From: Malacoraja senta | Lineage: Eukaryota | Assembly: GCA_038087875.1 (NCBI GenBank) | Contig: CM075989.1 | Location: 16,494,001 to 16,558,000 of the forward strand | Reading direction: 5' to 3' | DNA length: 64,000 bases | Shown: positions 39,581-52,270 of the stretch, piece after piece | How the letters are laid out: each line of letters begins with the position of its first letter | How positions within the stretch are numbered: position 1 is the stretch's first letter | Made by a program: the position numbers and the translations under genes | The notes under the pieces: model-generated | The model's input: the letters and a program-made list of their open reading frames with translations, nothing else | Databases searched by the model: none | What the model was told of the DNA's origin: nothing

Positions 39581-39680
39581 CTGAATGTTTGTCCTGCACG
39601 TCCTGGCTGGAATGAACTTCCTTGTGAGTAGATCTGTTGGCTTCCCGCAGCTGACGGTGATGACATTGGCTTTTTTTCAC
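39581..39680 (-). CDS. ARNT2: ARNT2 coding exon (100 nt)
   Basis: aaatag|GT GAA AAA...TTC AG|gtaaac encodes (G)EKKPMSSPSAAGSQQIYSQGSSFQPGRAGQTF(S). Phase 1 in, phase 2 out. Confidence 0.95.
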
Positions 39681-40447
39681 CTATTTAAAAAACATCAATA
39701 GTACAAGTATTGAATTACAGGAAATTTACAGCTTGGAAGGATGCCATTCAGCCCATCAATTCCATAGCATTTATGCGAAAGAATAATCCAGTTAGTCTCA
39801 CTACCCTGCCATCTCTTTATGGAAATTAATGATGTTTAATTAACTGTGGACTTTTCTGACATATGACAATGGAACAGAATCCTGTCTACCAGCTGAATTT
39901 AACTTGCACCGATTCACATTATGCCTGTATGCTCAAAAGGGATTGTGATCATTGCCTACACTATTGTTAGAAGTTCAGCTCCATTCGGAAACATTCACCA
40001 GTCTCAGTAAACAATAACATTAGTCCTTAGAAGCACCATTGGAAAACTTAATTAAAGAGGTTAAAATCCAAGAGATATTGAATGCTCTTGGGCCCAGAAA
40101 GCCCTCTGGTTATAGAGCACTTCCATATTTGGTAATTGGTTTCTCCTGTTCTCCTGTATAATAGTCAGTCTAGAGTGCGAGCTTGGAGGAGGTATATGCA
40201 CAAAGTTTAGATGCAAAGTGTTCAGCCTTGTCAATAAACCATGATTATTTTTTCCATATATTGAGTCCACTGGGATATGTTAGCATCCCTTATAGAAACA
40301 GGTTCCTCTCAAATGGTTCATGCTGTACATAGCGTTATGCTACAGAACAGATTGCTGCATTTAAACAGAGATGGAAAAGATGATATGCTCAGACAACCCA
40401 CTCACAATGGCAATCTTCTGGGAAAGTGAAGTAAAGTTAGAAAGTAA

Positions 40448-41182
40448 TGGGCCTGTCCCACTTAGGCGATTTTTCAGCGGACTGCCGGCGACTGTCAGGT
40501 TGCCGGCAGTCGCCTGAAAAACCGGCAACTGTCAGAGTGGAACACACACAAACACATCGCTTCTTTCACCAGCCCGTTATGCAGGCGGGGACACGGCAAG
40601 TGGGGGGAGCGCTGTCTAAAAAATTCACACGGTACAAAGCCAAGGTGAACAGACACACACCGCAATGAACAGGAAGGTTGGTGCTGTAAAAAGACGGCTA
40701 AAGCACAGTGTACGCTATGTCCTTTAAAAGAGGGGTGGAGAAGGGGGGGGAGAAGGAGTGGAGACAACTTTTAAGAAGCCAGAGATACACGGCTGTGAAG
40801 CTCGGCAGACATTTAACATTACCGGTCGGTTATCCTTGGTTCTGAAAACTGCTGCTTACCTTTTTTTATCCCGAATAAAAAAGTCAGCACCGGCTCCAAC
40901 CTACGAGAACCTTCGACCTCCTGGCAACTCATTAGAACCTCCTGGCGACCCACCTATGGTACGAGAATTCTCGCTATTCTCCATGGCGGCTTCATTCTAG
41001 TCACCGCTAATTTTTCAACATGTTGAAAAATTCACGGCAACCATAATGAGGCCGTGACTAGTTCCCAGAATGCGGGAACTCCTCATGACCATGAAGGCGA
41101 CTCCCGGCAAACACCCGCGAACATGTGGCGACCATGTGGCGACTGCATAGTCTCCTGCAGTCGCCCAAGTGGGACAGGCCCA
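40448..41182. mobile_element. Non-autonomous PIF/Harbinger-type DNA transposon (735 bp)
   Basis: TAA|TGGGCCTGTCCCACTT(A/G)GGCGA ... TCGCCCAAGTGGGACAGGCCCA|TAA; CpG-rich, no transposase ORF. Confidence 0.88.
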
Positions 41183-42559
41183 TAAGGGTCATAGTACAGC
41201 AGCTTGCAGTAACAACATAAACTGAAGTTGAGGTCACTGTGTGAGGATGCACTGGAGTGAAGAAGAAACAGTTGTTGCCAAGACATAGCTTTTGATCAAT
41301 AACAAGCATGTTGAGATGAAGAAATATAGTGACACTACTTATTGTAGCAGTGAAATGGAGCAAGCTTCATGGTGAAAGATTAGCTACAGCAATTGAAGTT
41401 GGACTGGGAAAATAAATGTAGTTTGAAGATAGCAAAGTCACCCAGTTGAATAAATAGGAATACATGACAAAACACTCCTAATATGCTGTTTGAGGCCATA
41501 AGCTGCAACTCCACATTAAACCTGGTTGGCAATCTCTTCATCACCAGTCATGACGAGTTCCTTATGCACCAAAAGAGCAGATCAGACAGAAAATGGAGAA
41601 GCACAAAATGTTGGTAACACTTTTCATAGTGATTGGATCAAAATGCAATGAAGCTAAAAGTGTTTCTTGATCAATTAAGGTGAAGATAATAGATAAAACC
41701 CACTAGTAAAATCACAAACTATTTATATTGAGCTGACTGGAACAAAAGTATTTACAAAATTAGATTAGTCTCATGTGTGTGAATAATTATATGCCATCAA
41801 GAGAATCAATAATATTTATTCATCAATAAGCATAAGAGACTATAAAAACAAACTTACATGTGGTATTAACTTGTTCCCTAAACACTTCCAGGCCACAATG
41901 GATAAAATTTGAAAAGAATTGTTTAAATCTCGGGATGATATTCTGATTATTACATGTACTTAAGTATAATAATTTATTGTCAACATCTACTAAGAAATAA
42001 TAAATTCTGCAGAGGTAATGAAGCAATTATACAGGGATAATGTGAAACTAAACAGAAATTCACAATGTGAAGTAGTTGATCTTGGCTTATGAGCAGATGC
42101 ACATGGTTTGCAGCCTACACAAAACACACACAAACCATTATAAAGGTGCTGAAGCCTGTAAATATACCTGGACTGGGTTCATATTTGGAAACATATAATA
42201 CACATACTTTCTACTAAAGTTGACAACAGTATTCTTGTTCCTTTGGTACCGACAGAAGCAGGATGCCCTATGGACCTGGGGCTACGAGCACAATGTGCTT
42301 ACAACAAATGTTAAATACCAGAAGGTTAACAGTTCTTCTTGTTCATTAGAATACCTTCTGTGAATTAAGGTGAGTGTCCGTTGCTTCATACTCTGACCAT
42401 GGGGCAGTTATCAGCCATGTGATGTTTGGCGGTGAGGAAAAAAACCTTTTACCTTTCTACTTGATGAAAATGAACAAACTAATAACTTAGAAGGAAGTTT
42501 TTTATGTTATATCAGTTGTCAAGAAGTTCGGTGAATTCCTTCTTGGAAGCACATTAATA

Positions 42560-44330
42560 GCCATTATTGTCAATTTTGGGCCCAAAATCCATCATTGCAC
42601 CACTGGCAGCACCAAGAGCACAGCAATGGGCCATCCTTTTGTCTCAGCATGCCAAAAAAATAGAACACTAGACATTGGAGGTGAATACAGTGGCAAATAC
42701 ATTGTTAAGATTACCTCACCAATGCTCCAAGTACTATTTGTATCCAAACACATGTGAGTAATGAATGTCTGATGACAGCTTTGGAAACTACACAGCAAGC
42801 ATGGAAATACTGGATGGGCATCATGCCTACAAACACACTTCCAGAAGCTGGTCGGAGTTGGGAAAACGGACAGATGAAGGGCCAAGACTGTTTCATATCT
42901 GCCAAAATGAGTTGTCATGATACCAAGGGTGTTTAAAATGGGGCTTGTGTGTGGAATCTGGATATTTTAAAACCTAGGATAAATACAGCATATACTGGGA
43001 TAGAAGCAATGAAGGCTATTGCTCATATTTTTGTAGAGAGCCAGGTTTGGAATGATATCTCTAAGAGCTGACGTTAATATACTGCCAGAAGTGGACAGCA
43101 TTACAATCAGTGGAGCATTCTTCAGTTGCAGGGGCTACAGCTATAGAATGCACAATGAGCCCAGCATCTGGTCAAATAGCAGGTGGCAGTGTGTCTCTGG
43201 GGAAGGGCTTGCTTATCATGGCCATTTAGACAAGTTCAGAAACTAGACTGTTACTTTTGACTATGGCTCGACCTGTGAGAAGATATATCAGGTCTTTTAA
43301 TCCGGTGAGTCTTTTAATTTTAGAGTCTGAACCTATGGTTTGTTTCACACTTGTACATTACCTTTGTGAGCAATACTTAGTTTACAGAAAAAAAACTTTT
43401 TTTTAAAAAAACTAGTGAAGCAAGTACTGTATTTACATATGTGGACACACTGAGCTCCTATTGGATGATGGTGTCCTGTACCAGAGTAAAATGTATGTAG
43501 TTTATATGTTAACAAATCATTGAATCCCCTTGCACAAATTAGCACAGAGGTCAAAGAAGCAGCATCAATGACAGTATGTTGTCATGGAGGTTTATGCCCC
43601 AAGGACCTGAACAGAAAGTTGGTTTAATGACCTGACATCGGGAGGGTTCAGCAAACACACAAACAAATCCCATCTCCTAATAACTGCGCCACTACACTCT
43701 GTTTTCATGAGAAGATGGTGGACAACAGCTGCCAGCAGCAAAATGATGGAACCCTTTAAAAGATGGAACCAGGACCAAGCATAGAAGATCATTGGTCTTG
43801 TTCTTCCCTACTCCTTCCTTAACAATCATGTTTTTTCAGTTGCACTCCTTCCCACCCTGGCACTGAAGACAGCCAAGAGGTTGAGTTTGTCTCACTTTGG
43901 GATGTGCGTCAGGAATTTTCTACGGCTTGAGTTAAAGTCCTCCATTTAAATCGGTTGGGGTCTGCACAGATGACCTTAGCTCTATGTTCATGAGTTGGAG
44001 GATGATAAGTTCACTAGTTCTACGGGGGTGTGACACTGAAATGCTAGACTTCCTCATTTTATGATGGAGAAACTCACTCCACAAATATGCCATTCTTCTT
44101 CCATTTGATTCTCCCAGAAGAAGTGCATCCACATTCTTGCTCTTTAAACCATCCTATCTCAACCAGTGTGGTGATGTTGATGTCAAAGTTCCTGAGCTAT
44201 GAGAGCAGGGAAATGCCACTCAGGACTGTCACTGCTGGGACTATTCACAAGGATCCTAACATTCCAAGTCCTGAACTTCACATTGTGGAGTGGAAGCTGC
44301 CCATGTGTGGCTTCTTTTAATAAGAGCTGG
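42560..44330 (-). mobile_element. Degenerate RTE-clade LINE fragments (APE endonuclease region)
   Basis: ORF 44183..44401 ends VKFRTWNVRILVNSPSSDSPE...ALIAQEL (RTE-type TWNVR motif). Further remnants include SWFHLL and DTNSTW. Confidence 0.6.
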
Positions 44331-45559
44331 CTGTTGCATGCCAGCTGGCACCAGGATTTCACAGAGCAAGGTCTTGATTTAATTGCAAGTGGGGCTAACA
44401 TGACCGGAGATCAGGCCCTGCTGCATGGATGTGAATACTCACAGGTAAAGGTGGTGCAAATGTCACCTTGCATGTGCATACTCATTTGCTCGCAGCTGCA
44501 CAGGCATACTCTGTGGGCTCAGGCACAGCAGCCTTGCCCATCGTATCCTTCTCACCCAGTCACCAACCTAAACCCAACTGCACACTGGGTCCTCATTCCT
44601 GAACCTCGGTTTTGTAGGCACACACAGCAATTGGAAGCCGACATGAATGCCAATTTTGCTAGATCAATGTAGTGTTTTCAATCTTCTTCTATGTACATGG
44701 AGCTGCACTTATAGAGGTATGAAAGGAAATAAAATATCAAATGAAAGTCACTCAGCTAATCTAAGTACTATGCAACAAAAGTACTATAGACAATAGACAA
44801 TTACGTATGTGGATGAAGAGAAAGAATCGTTTTCTAACCATTAAGTGTGCAGCAGCAAAAGGTGTACAATGGTGCACGTTAGTTACAAAATATTGTTTTT
44901 AACGGCAAGTAAAAATGAAGGTTTACTTTAGCTTTTAATACATGAACTTTTAGGGTAAACACAGAATATTAATTATGCAGTAGAGCACTGGTATTAACAC
45001 ACTAAGATTTATGTTGTGTGTTATGTTGGCGTGACTATGAATGTGTGCTTTATAAATGCAAGACTGATTCCACATGTAAAGGCAGGATGCAGTGAGGAAT
45101 ATATATACACAGAAGCCAAAGCTTGAGAATCTAAGAAAGTGTGCAAATGCAAAAAATATGTATTCAAAATTTTACTTCATATTAATAGGGGAAAGTAGCA
45201 CATCAAAGGAAAATAGAGACTTGAAAGTGAATTGGGAGTTTGACATTGTAAAGTATTTCTATGTTACTATCATGTATCTATTTGGACAGCGATTTGGGTG
45301 GACAGTGCAAGAATAGCAATTAAAATAAGTTTGAATACAACATAGCTACCAGTGGGATTAGATGAGCCCATTTGCTTATGGAGAGGGTCATACAGGAGCC
45401 CTGATTCTCCTGCCACCCACTCACCCAAAAGGTAGCCAAAGAATCTACCAGCACATCTTTGGTATGTAAGGAAACCAAAATACCTGATGGAAACCTACAA
45501 GACCCCAGGGAAGACATGCACACTCCACACAGCCAGCTTCCACGATCAGTGATAGGGAA

Positions 45560-46200
45560 GGTGCTAGAATCTAAAAAAGTAGGGTATTTTTTAAATGGTG
45601 ATACATTGGGTAATGTTCTTGTTCAAAGGGGGTTAAGCACCATGTATACAAGTCACAGAAAGCCAACATCCAGATACAGCAAGCAACGGGGAAGGAAATT
45701 TGCCGTTTTTACAAGCAGATATGAGTGCAGGATCAAAGATATCATATTGCAATTACAAAGGGCTTTGTTGAGACCACGCCTGGAGTACTGTGTATGGTTT
45801 TGACATATTTTCTTAAACAGACATGTACTTGTCACAGAGGGAGTGAAGCACTAGAATACTTCTTGAGATGGGATATTTCAAAAGACATTTGGATAGATAT
45901 ATGGATAGACAGGTTTAGAGGGCTATGGGTTAAATGCAGGCAAATAGGACTTGCTCAGTATACCAACTTGGTTTGACATGGACAAGGTGCGCCGAAGAGA
46001 AGGTTTCTATGATGTATAACTCTATGGGAGGTTTGCTGTGAACTCCTGTATTTTGGGGAGTTTAGAAGAACAAACCAAGATCACTTTGATATTATACAAT
46101 TCCTATAGGGCTTGGCATGCTGGATGTGTTCCTGACTGAGGACTCCAGAACCAGATAAATGGTGGAATAGGTTCATGCAATCAAATGGCCTACTTCTGCT
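45560..46200 (+). mobile_element. Old CR1 fragments
   Basis: KDIILQLQRALLRPRLEYCVWF. Confidence 0.65.
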
Positions 46201-46734
46201 CTTACCATTCTCTCTCTCTCTCTCTCCCCTCGTTCACCAGAGCCAACCTTCTCCCTTTTCCATTTTGAATATCTCTCCAAGAAATTACAGTAAATGCCCT
46301 AGAATATTTTATTATCCAATTTTTCCGACCACCACTAAGACAGCTTAGATTGGCCCCATTATTATTTCTAGTTTTTAAGTTTCAGTTTGGTTCAGATAAA
46401 AAGCCTTTAATTTTGTCTTTTTCTTATTTTTCCCTACACAGACTCAAAGTGGAAATAGCCTTATATTTGTAACCACCACAATTGCTTGCACTTTCTCCAT
46501 AATGGTGCCATTGCTCCGATGAGTAGAAACTGTGCCCTGGCAACAGGCAGACTACAGGCCTTTTGGAACAGCCTTTGTCCATGGCTACAAACCTGCTGGA
46601 GACCAAGGGCAGGGGAGCCTCTGGGCAATCACAGGACCACAAAGTGTAAACTGTGGTCCATTCCTAATCAAAGGCATGGCATCAAATCAACCCAGCTAAT
46701 CTCAAATATCATCCTGCACCTTCAATAAGTCTGT

Positions 46735-47000
46735 TTTAGTTTCAGTTTTGGAAATACGGAAAATAGAAGCATGAAAACAGGCCTTTCGGCCCACCGAATG
46801 CATGCTGGCTAACAATCACCCGTACACAAAGTTCTATCCTACATGCTTTTACAGAGGAAAACAGAGCACCCGGAGAAAACTCACGTGGTCACAGGGAGAA
46901 TGTACAAACACCCTACAGACAACACACGTAATCAGGATCGAACCCGGGTCACTGGTGTTTTAAGGCAGAAACACTGCCACTCTGCCACTGTGCTGCCCTA
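46735..47000 (-). mobile_element. SINE (HE1/V-SINE-like)
   Basis: Reverse-complement head, core and tail. Confidence 0.8.
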
Positions 47001-48129
47001 ATGCAATAGTTTTTTTTTGTTCTTTTACTTGCCGTCACAAACAGTATACTAAACCACAATCTTAGTCACTGCATGCCAGTTTCTCCTTAATTTCCATTTC
47101 CTATTCCTGAAAGCAAACTTAGTTATATTATTTTCTCTTTGCCAGTGCAGAAACTAAGCTCCCGTTTATAGCCGCCCTGGTCTCTTCTTTCCGGATCTGG
47201 CTACACCACACTGTACTCCACATAATAAAAGATTGGCTTCCAGTCCCATCTCTGTTTTGCTCCCCTCATTTGAGGATAAAATCACATTCCACAAGCAGAT
47301 AAAAATAAAAGTGTAATAAGGATTTTTGATGATCTGAGTCTACACCATCTCACTCTGGCAAAGACTGTAGGAAAATGCAATGCAGACAAAATGTAGAAGT
47401 AAATTAATCAAAACGTCAAAAAATAGATGATTGAACCAATTTGGCAACAGAGCCATATTCTCATTGCCACACTCTCTAAATGTTTGGGTTTAGAAGCATT
47501 TTCTCTGCAGTCTTCCTGAAATCTGGCTTCAGCCTTCAGCAAAACAGAGCAGTGGAAAACAGATCAGCTAGAATCCCTGCTCCTTGGCTCACAACCAAAC
47601 AAGGACTGAGGTCTGATAGAAATCCAGAGTCTCCATGAAGACAGTTATGGCATAAATACTGTCTTGTGCATTTGCCAACCTACACAATAAATATTATAAG
47701 TCGCTAACAGTTCGCTAAAGCTGTTCAGCAAGCACTGTCAACAGACATTTAATAAGGGTGCACAGACTGAATAAAATTGCCTTTTGCTGAATTTTCAAGA
47801 TTCCTATCAGTTAGAAAAAATTACAACAGACATTTATCTATCCACAGCAGAGATGCTGAGATACCTTGGGCTCCAACCAAGTACAAGCGAACTGGCACTA
47901 ATGCTAATAGTTTCACTGCTTAGTAAGCAAAATAAAGACGGGAAAGATTTATTTCAGAGAGATTCATTATTTGAGAATTAAACTGAGGTCTCAATTTACA
48001 GCTAGGAACGTTCTGTATATATGAGTATTGGTGCGTTTGAAGTAAGGCATTAACTGCAATTGCAATTATTATCACAGTTCTCTCCAGCAACAATTTACTT
48101 TCAAGTTGAACTGGGTCTCAAATTCAACT

Positions 48130-48363
48130 GTGTTAAAGAAGGAACTGCAGATGCTGGAAAATCGAAGGTACACAAAAATGCTGGAGAAACTCAGCTGGTG
48201 CAGCAGCATCTATGGAGCAAAGGAAATAGGCAACGTTTCGGGCCGAAACCCTTCTTCAGACCCTTCTTCAGTCTGAAGAAGGGTTTCGGCCCGAAACGTT
48301 GCCTATTTACTTCGCTCCATAGATGCTGCTGCACCCGCTGAGTTTCTCCAGCATTTTTGTGTA
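48130..48363. mobile_element. Young foldback Penelope-like mini-element with hammerhead motifs on both strands, TSD up to 14 bp
   Basis: TSD tctcaaattcaact at 48116-48129 and 48364-48377. Arms 48169-48261 and 48271-48363 (93 bp, 3 mismatches by eye). Confidence 0.9.
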
Positions 48364-48619
48364 TCTCAAATTCAACTCTCTGACTAAAGGCAGCCTAGAA
48401 AATAACATGCCTCACAATGTGTTAACGGCAGTCGATATGTTAAAACTAACCCTACAAACGCCTGTCATTTATATGATGGTCTAATGTATGAAATGTAGTG
48501 GAAGCCCCGAATGCAACACAATTCCCAGAGGGAAACGGAACATCTAGAGCTTGTCTGCATTAAAAGGGTATTAGGTGTGTTAGAAGGTTAGAAGTGCATA
48601 AATCCTGAAATGTCACCTA

Positions 48620-49320
48620 TCTCTGGCTTCGAGGAGGCCAGTGGGAAGTTGGTGGGAGTCCTAAAAGATTTTTAAATCTTCTCTGTCCACAGGTGAGGAG
48701 CCAGATGACTGTTGGACACCCAACATGGTACCATTATTCAAGAAGGGCAGCAGGGATAAAGCCGGTAACTACAGACCTTTGTAACTAAAATCAATAGTTG
48801 GGAAATTATTGGAAAAAATGTCTTAAGAGACATGATTGATTACAGCCAACCATGTCATCTCTGGCTGCCCGCTCTCCCACCCACCAAATGGAGCTGAGGG
48901 CCTGGCAGACATTGACGCAGAGACAACAACCTGGCTGCTCAACACCCGGCTTGAGACTAATTATTCCTTTGGTTTATGCTTCATTCGCAAGAAGAAGAAG
49001 ATCGATTACGTTTAAAAGGCAGAGATTAGTCAAAGTCAGCAAGCACGGCTTTGTTGAGAAGAAATCGCATCCGGCCAATTTGATTGTATTTTGTGTGGAT
49101 ACAAAATATGGTTATGGAGCACAGTTGATGTAGTCTACATGATATCAGTAAGACCTTTAATAAAGTCCTACAGCGGCGAATGTTCTGAAGGTTAAAGGTC
49201 CATGGGATCCAAGGCATGTTGGCAAATAGGATTCAAAATTGGTCTGGTGAGAGAAGGTAAAGGATAATTATGGAGGGTTGCTTTTGTGCATGGAAGCCTG
49301 TGCCCACTGATGTGCCACTG
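48620..49320 (+). mobile_element. Old CR1 RT-region fragment
   Basis: MVPLFKKGSRDKAGNYRPL...HGFVEKKSH remnants. Confidence 0.7.
48844..49000 (+). mobile_element. Vingi/ingi-like LINE extreme 3' end
   Basis: Encodes ANHVISGCPLSHPPNGAEGLADIDAETTTWLLNTRLE, has a (GAA)n tail, and an imperfect TSD gattgattac/gatcgattac. Confidence 0.65.
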
Positions 49321-49324
49321 TATA

Positions 49325-51885
49325 TGGAGCGGTAGGTATGTTTGATGGTTGTGCATCGGTGGTTGATGGTGTTTGGACCTCCAGTGGGACAGGAGACTAG
49401 TCGATAGGATTTTAGTACCAGTCTTAGAGTTGACCTGGTTGACATTCCCGATTATGATGAACAAGGCCTCGGGGTACATTGTTTCAAGGCTATTGCTAGC
49501 GGCGTACAGCATAGCGGTGTAAACAATAGTCAGGATAACCAAATAAATTTCCCTCAGCAGAGAGTAGGGACAGCTCTTCATCATTAGTTATTCTAGGTCC
49601 AGGAAGCAATTCTGAACTCACAAAAATCACCTCCTCTGAGCACCGCAAAGTGTTGATTAAGAAGCAGAACCCTCCGCCTCTTACCTTGCCAGAGGATGCC
49701 ATAGGGTCCAACCAGTGAATTCAGAAACCCTCTGAATCTATAGCACAGTCAAGTGACGTGACTCACTGCTTTTGAGTCAGTGAACTGGTCTCTATTTAAG
49801 GACTCAGCGGCCAACCTAAACGAGGACACCACTATTATCACAGACCTCAAGAAGAGGGGTGGTTGTCTTGACGCCATGGTGCTAAGGTTTTCGTCTCCTT
49901 CCTGTCGCGTCATTGTTTGAGATCTGGCCCTCTAGTGTCATCTGCAAACTTGTAAATGGAGTTAGAGCAGAATTTGTCCAGACATTTAAGAGTACAGTTG
50001 CTTGCAAAAGTATTCATACCCCTTGAACTTTTCCACATTTTGTCACGTTACAACCACAAACGTAAATGTATTTTATTGGGATTTTATGTGATAGACCAAC
50101 ACAAAGTGGTGCATAATTGTGAAGTGGAAGGAAAATGATACATGGTTTTCAAATTTTTTTACAAATAAAAAACTGAAAAGTGTGGCGTGCAAAAGTATTC
50201 AGCCCCCCGAGTCAATACTTTGTAGAACCACCTTTCGCTGCAATTACAGCTGCAAGTCTTTTGGGGTATGTCTCTACCAACTTTGCACATCTAGAGACTG
50301 AAATTTTTGCCCATTCTTCTTTGCAAAATAGCTCAAGCTCAGTCAGATTGGATGGAGAGCGTCTGTGAACAGCAATTTTCAAGTCTTGCCAGAGATTCTC
50401 AATTGGATTTAGGTCTGGACTTTGACTGGGCCATTCTAACATATGTATATATGCTTTGATCTAAACCATTCCATTGTAGCTCTGGCTGTATGTTTAGGGT
50501 CGTTGTCCTGCTGGAAGGTGAACCTCCGCCCCAGTCTCAAGTCATTTGCAGACTCTAACAGGTTTTCTTCCAAGATTGCCCTGTATTTGGCTCCATCCAT
50601 CTTCCCATCAACTCTGACCAGCTTCCCTGTCCCTGCTGAAGAAAAGCATCCTCACAGCATGATGCTGCCACCACCATGTTTCACAGTGGGGATGGTGTGT
50701 TCAGGGTGATGTGCAGTGTTAGTTTTCCGCCACATATAGCGTTTTGCATTTAGGCCAAAAACTTCAATTTTGGTCTCATCTGACCAGAGCACCTTCCTCC
50801 ACATGTTTGCTGTGTCCCCCACATGGCTTGTGGCAAACTGCAAACGGGACTTCTTATGGCTTTTTTTCTACAATGGCTTTCTTCTTGCCACTCTTCCATA
50901 AAGGCCCGATTTGTGGAGTGCACGACTAATAGTTGTCCTGTGGACAGATTCTCGCACCTGAGCTGTGGATCTCTGCAGCTCCTCCAGAGTTACCATGGGC
51001 CTCTTGGCTGCTTCTCTGATCAATGCTCTCCTTGCCCGGCCTGTCAGTTTAGGTGGACGGCCATGTCTTGGTAGGTTTGCAGTTGCAATCTGACTGAGCT
51101 TGAGCTATTTTGCAAAAAAGAATGGGCAAAAATTTCAGTCTCTAGATGTACAAAAGCTGGTAGAGACATACCCCAAAAGACTTGCAGCTGTAATTGCAGC
51201 AAAAGGTGGTTCTACAAAGTATTGACTCAGGGGGGCTGAATACTTTTGCACGCCACACTTTTCAGTTTTTTATTTGTTGGTCTATCACATAAAATCCCAA
51301 TAAAATACATGTACGTTTGTGGTTGTAACGTGACAAAATGTGGAAAAGTTCAAGGGGTATGAAAACTTTTGCAAGCCACTGTATATGGGGAATACAGTAA
51401 GGGGCTTAGAATACAGCCTTGTGGGCCATCGATGTAGAGAATTATCATGGAGGATAATTCATTGCATGCCCTTACATGTTTCTGTCTATGGGTCAGAATA
51501 TTGACGATTCAGTTTCAGAGTGGGTGTTGGGTCTAGGAGTTTGGAAACGGGTTTAGTAGGAATTATGATATTGAAAGCAGAGCTATAGTTAATAAATAGG
51601 AGTCTGACAAAGGGTTTCTTCATAAAGCAAGTAGGAGTCTCAGATTGGAGTCAGGAGAGGTTAAAGATGTCTGCGAATACTCCTGCCAACTTGTCACGGC
51701 TGGGTACTCCATCCGGGCCAGTCGCTTTCTGAGGATTCACTTGGAAAGGCAAATCCAATGCCTTCAATGATGTCTGTAGGTACATGTGTATCTGAGGATG
51801 TTGGGAGTGGGTGCCGGCATTCCACTCATCTTTTGTTCAAAATGAGCATAGAATGCATTAAGCTGGGCAAGGAACAATGCGGCAA
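49325..51885 (-). mobile_element. Rearranged Rex1/Babar-like LINE fragments (endonuclease and RT), interrupted by Tc1
   Basis: GKVRGGGFCFLIN and YPEALFIIIG remnants. Removing the Tc1 restores PQGCILSPLLYSPYTLKCLDKFCSNSIYKFADDT. Confidence 0.7.
49995..51381 (-). mobile_element. Defective Tc1/mariner transposon (IR/DR type) with TA TSD
   Basis: TA|cagttgcttgcaaaag...cttttgcaagccactg|TA. Transposase remnants [28 protein letters not shown] and WPSQSPDLNPIENLW on minus (50212-51085), with stops and a frameshift. Confidence 0.95.
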
Positions 51886-51889
51886 ATAT

Positions 51890-52270
51890 ACAATAGACAA
51901 TAGGTGCAGGAGTAGGCCATTCGGCCCTTCGAGCCAGCACCGCCATGGCTGATCATCCCCAATCAGTACCCCGTTCCTGCCTTCTCCCCATATCCCCTGA
52001 CCGCTATTTTTAAGAGCCCTATCTAGCTCTCTCTTGAAAGCATCCAGAGAACCCACATCCACCGCCCTCTGAGGCAGAGAATTCCACAGACTCACCACTC
52101 TCTGTGAGAAAAAGTGTTTCCTCGTCGCCGTTCCAAATGGCTTACTCCTTATTCTTAAACGGTGGCCCCTAGTTCTGGACTCCCCCTATATCGGGAACAT
52201 GTTTCCTGCCTCTAACGTGTCCAAACCCTTAACAATCTTATATGTTTCAATGAGATCCCCTCTCAATATT
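51890..52270 (-). mobile_element. CR1 LINE 3' end
   Basis: VSLWNSLPQRAVDVGSLDAFKRELDRALK; same subfamily as 11611-12230. Confidence 0.9.
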
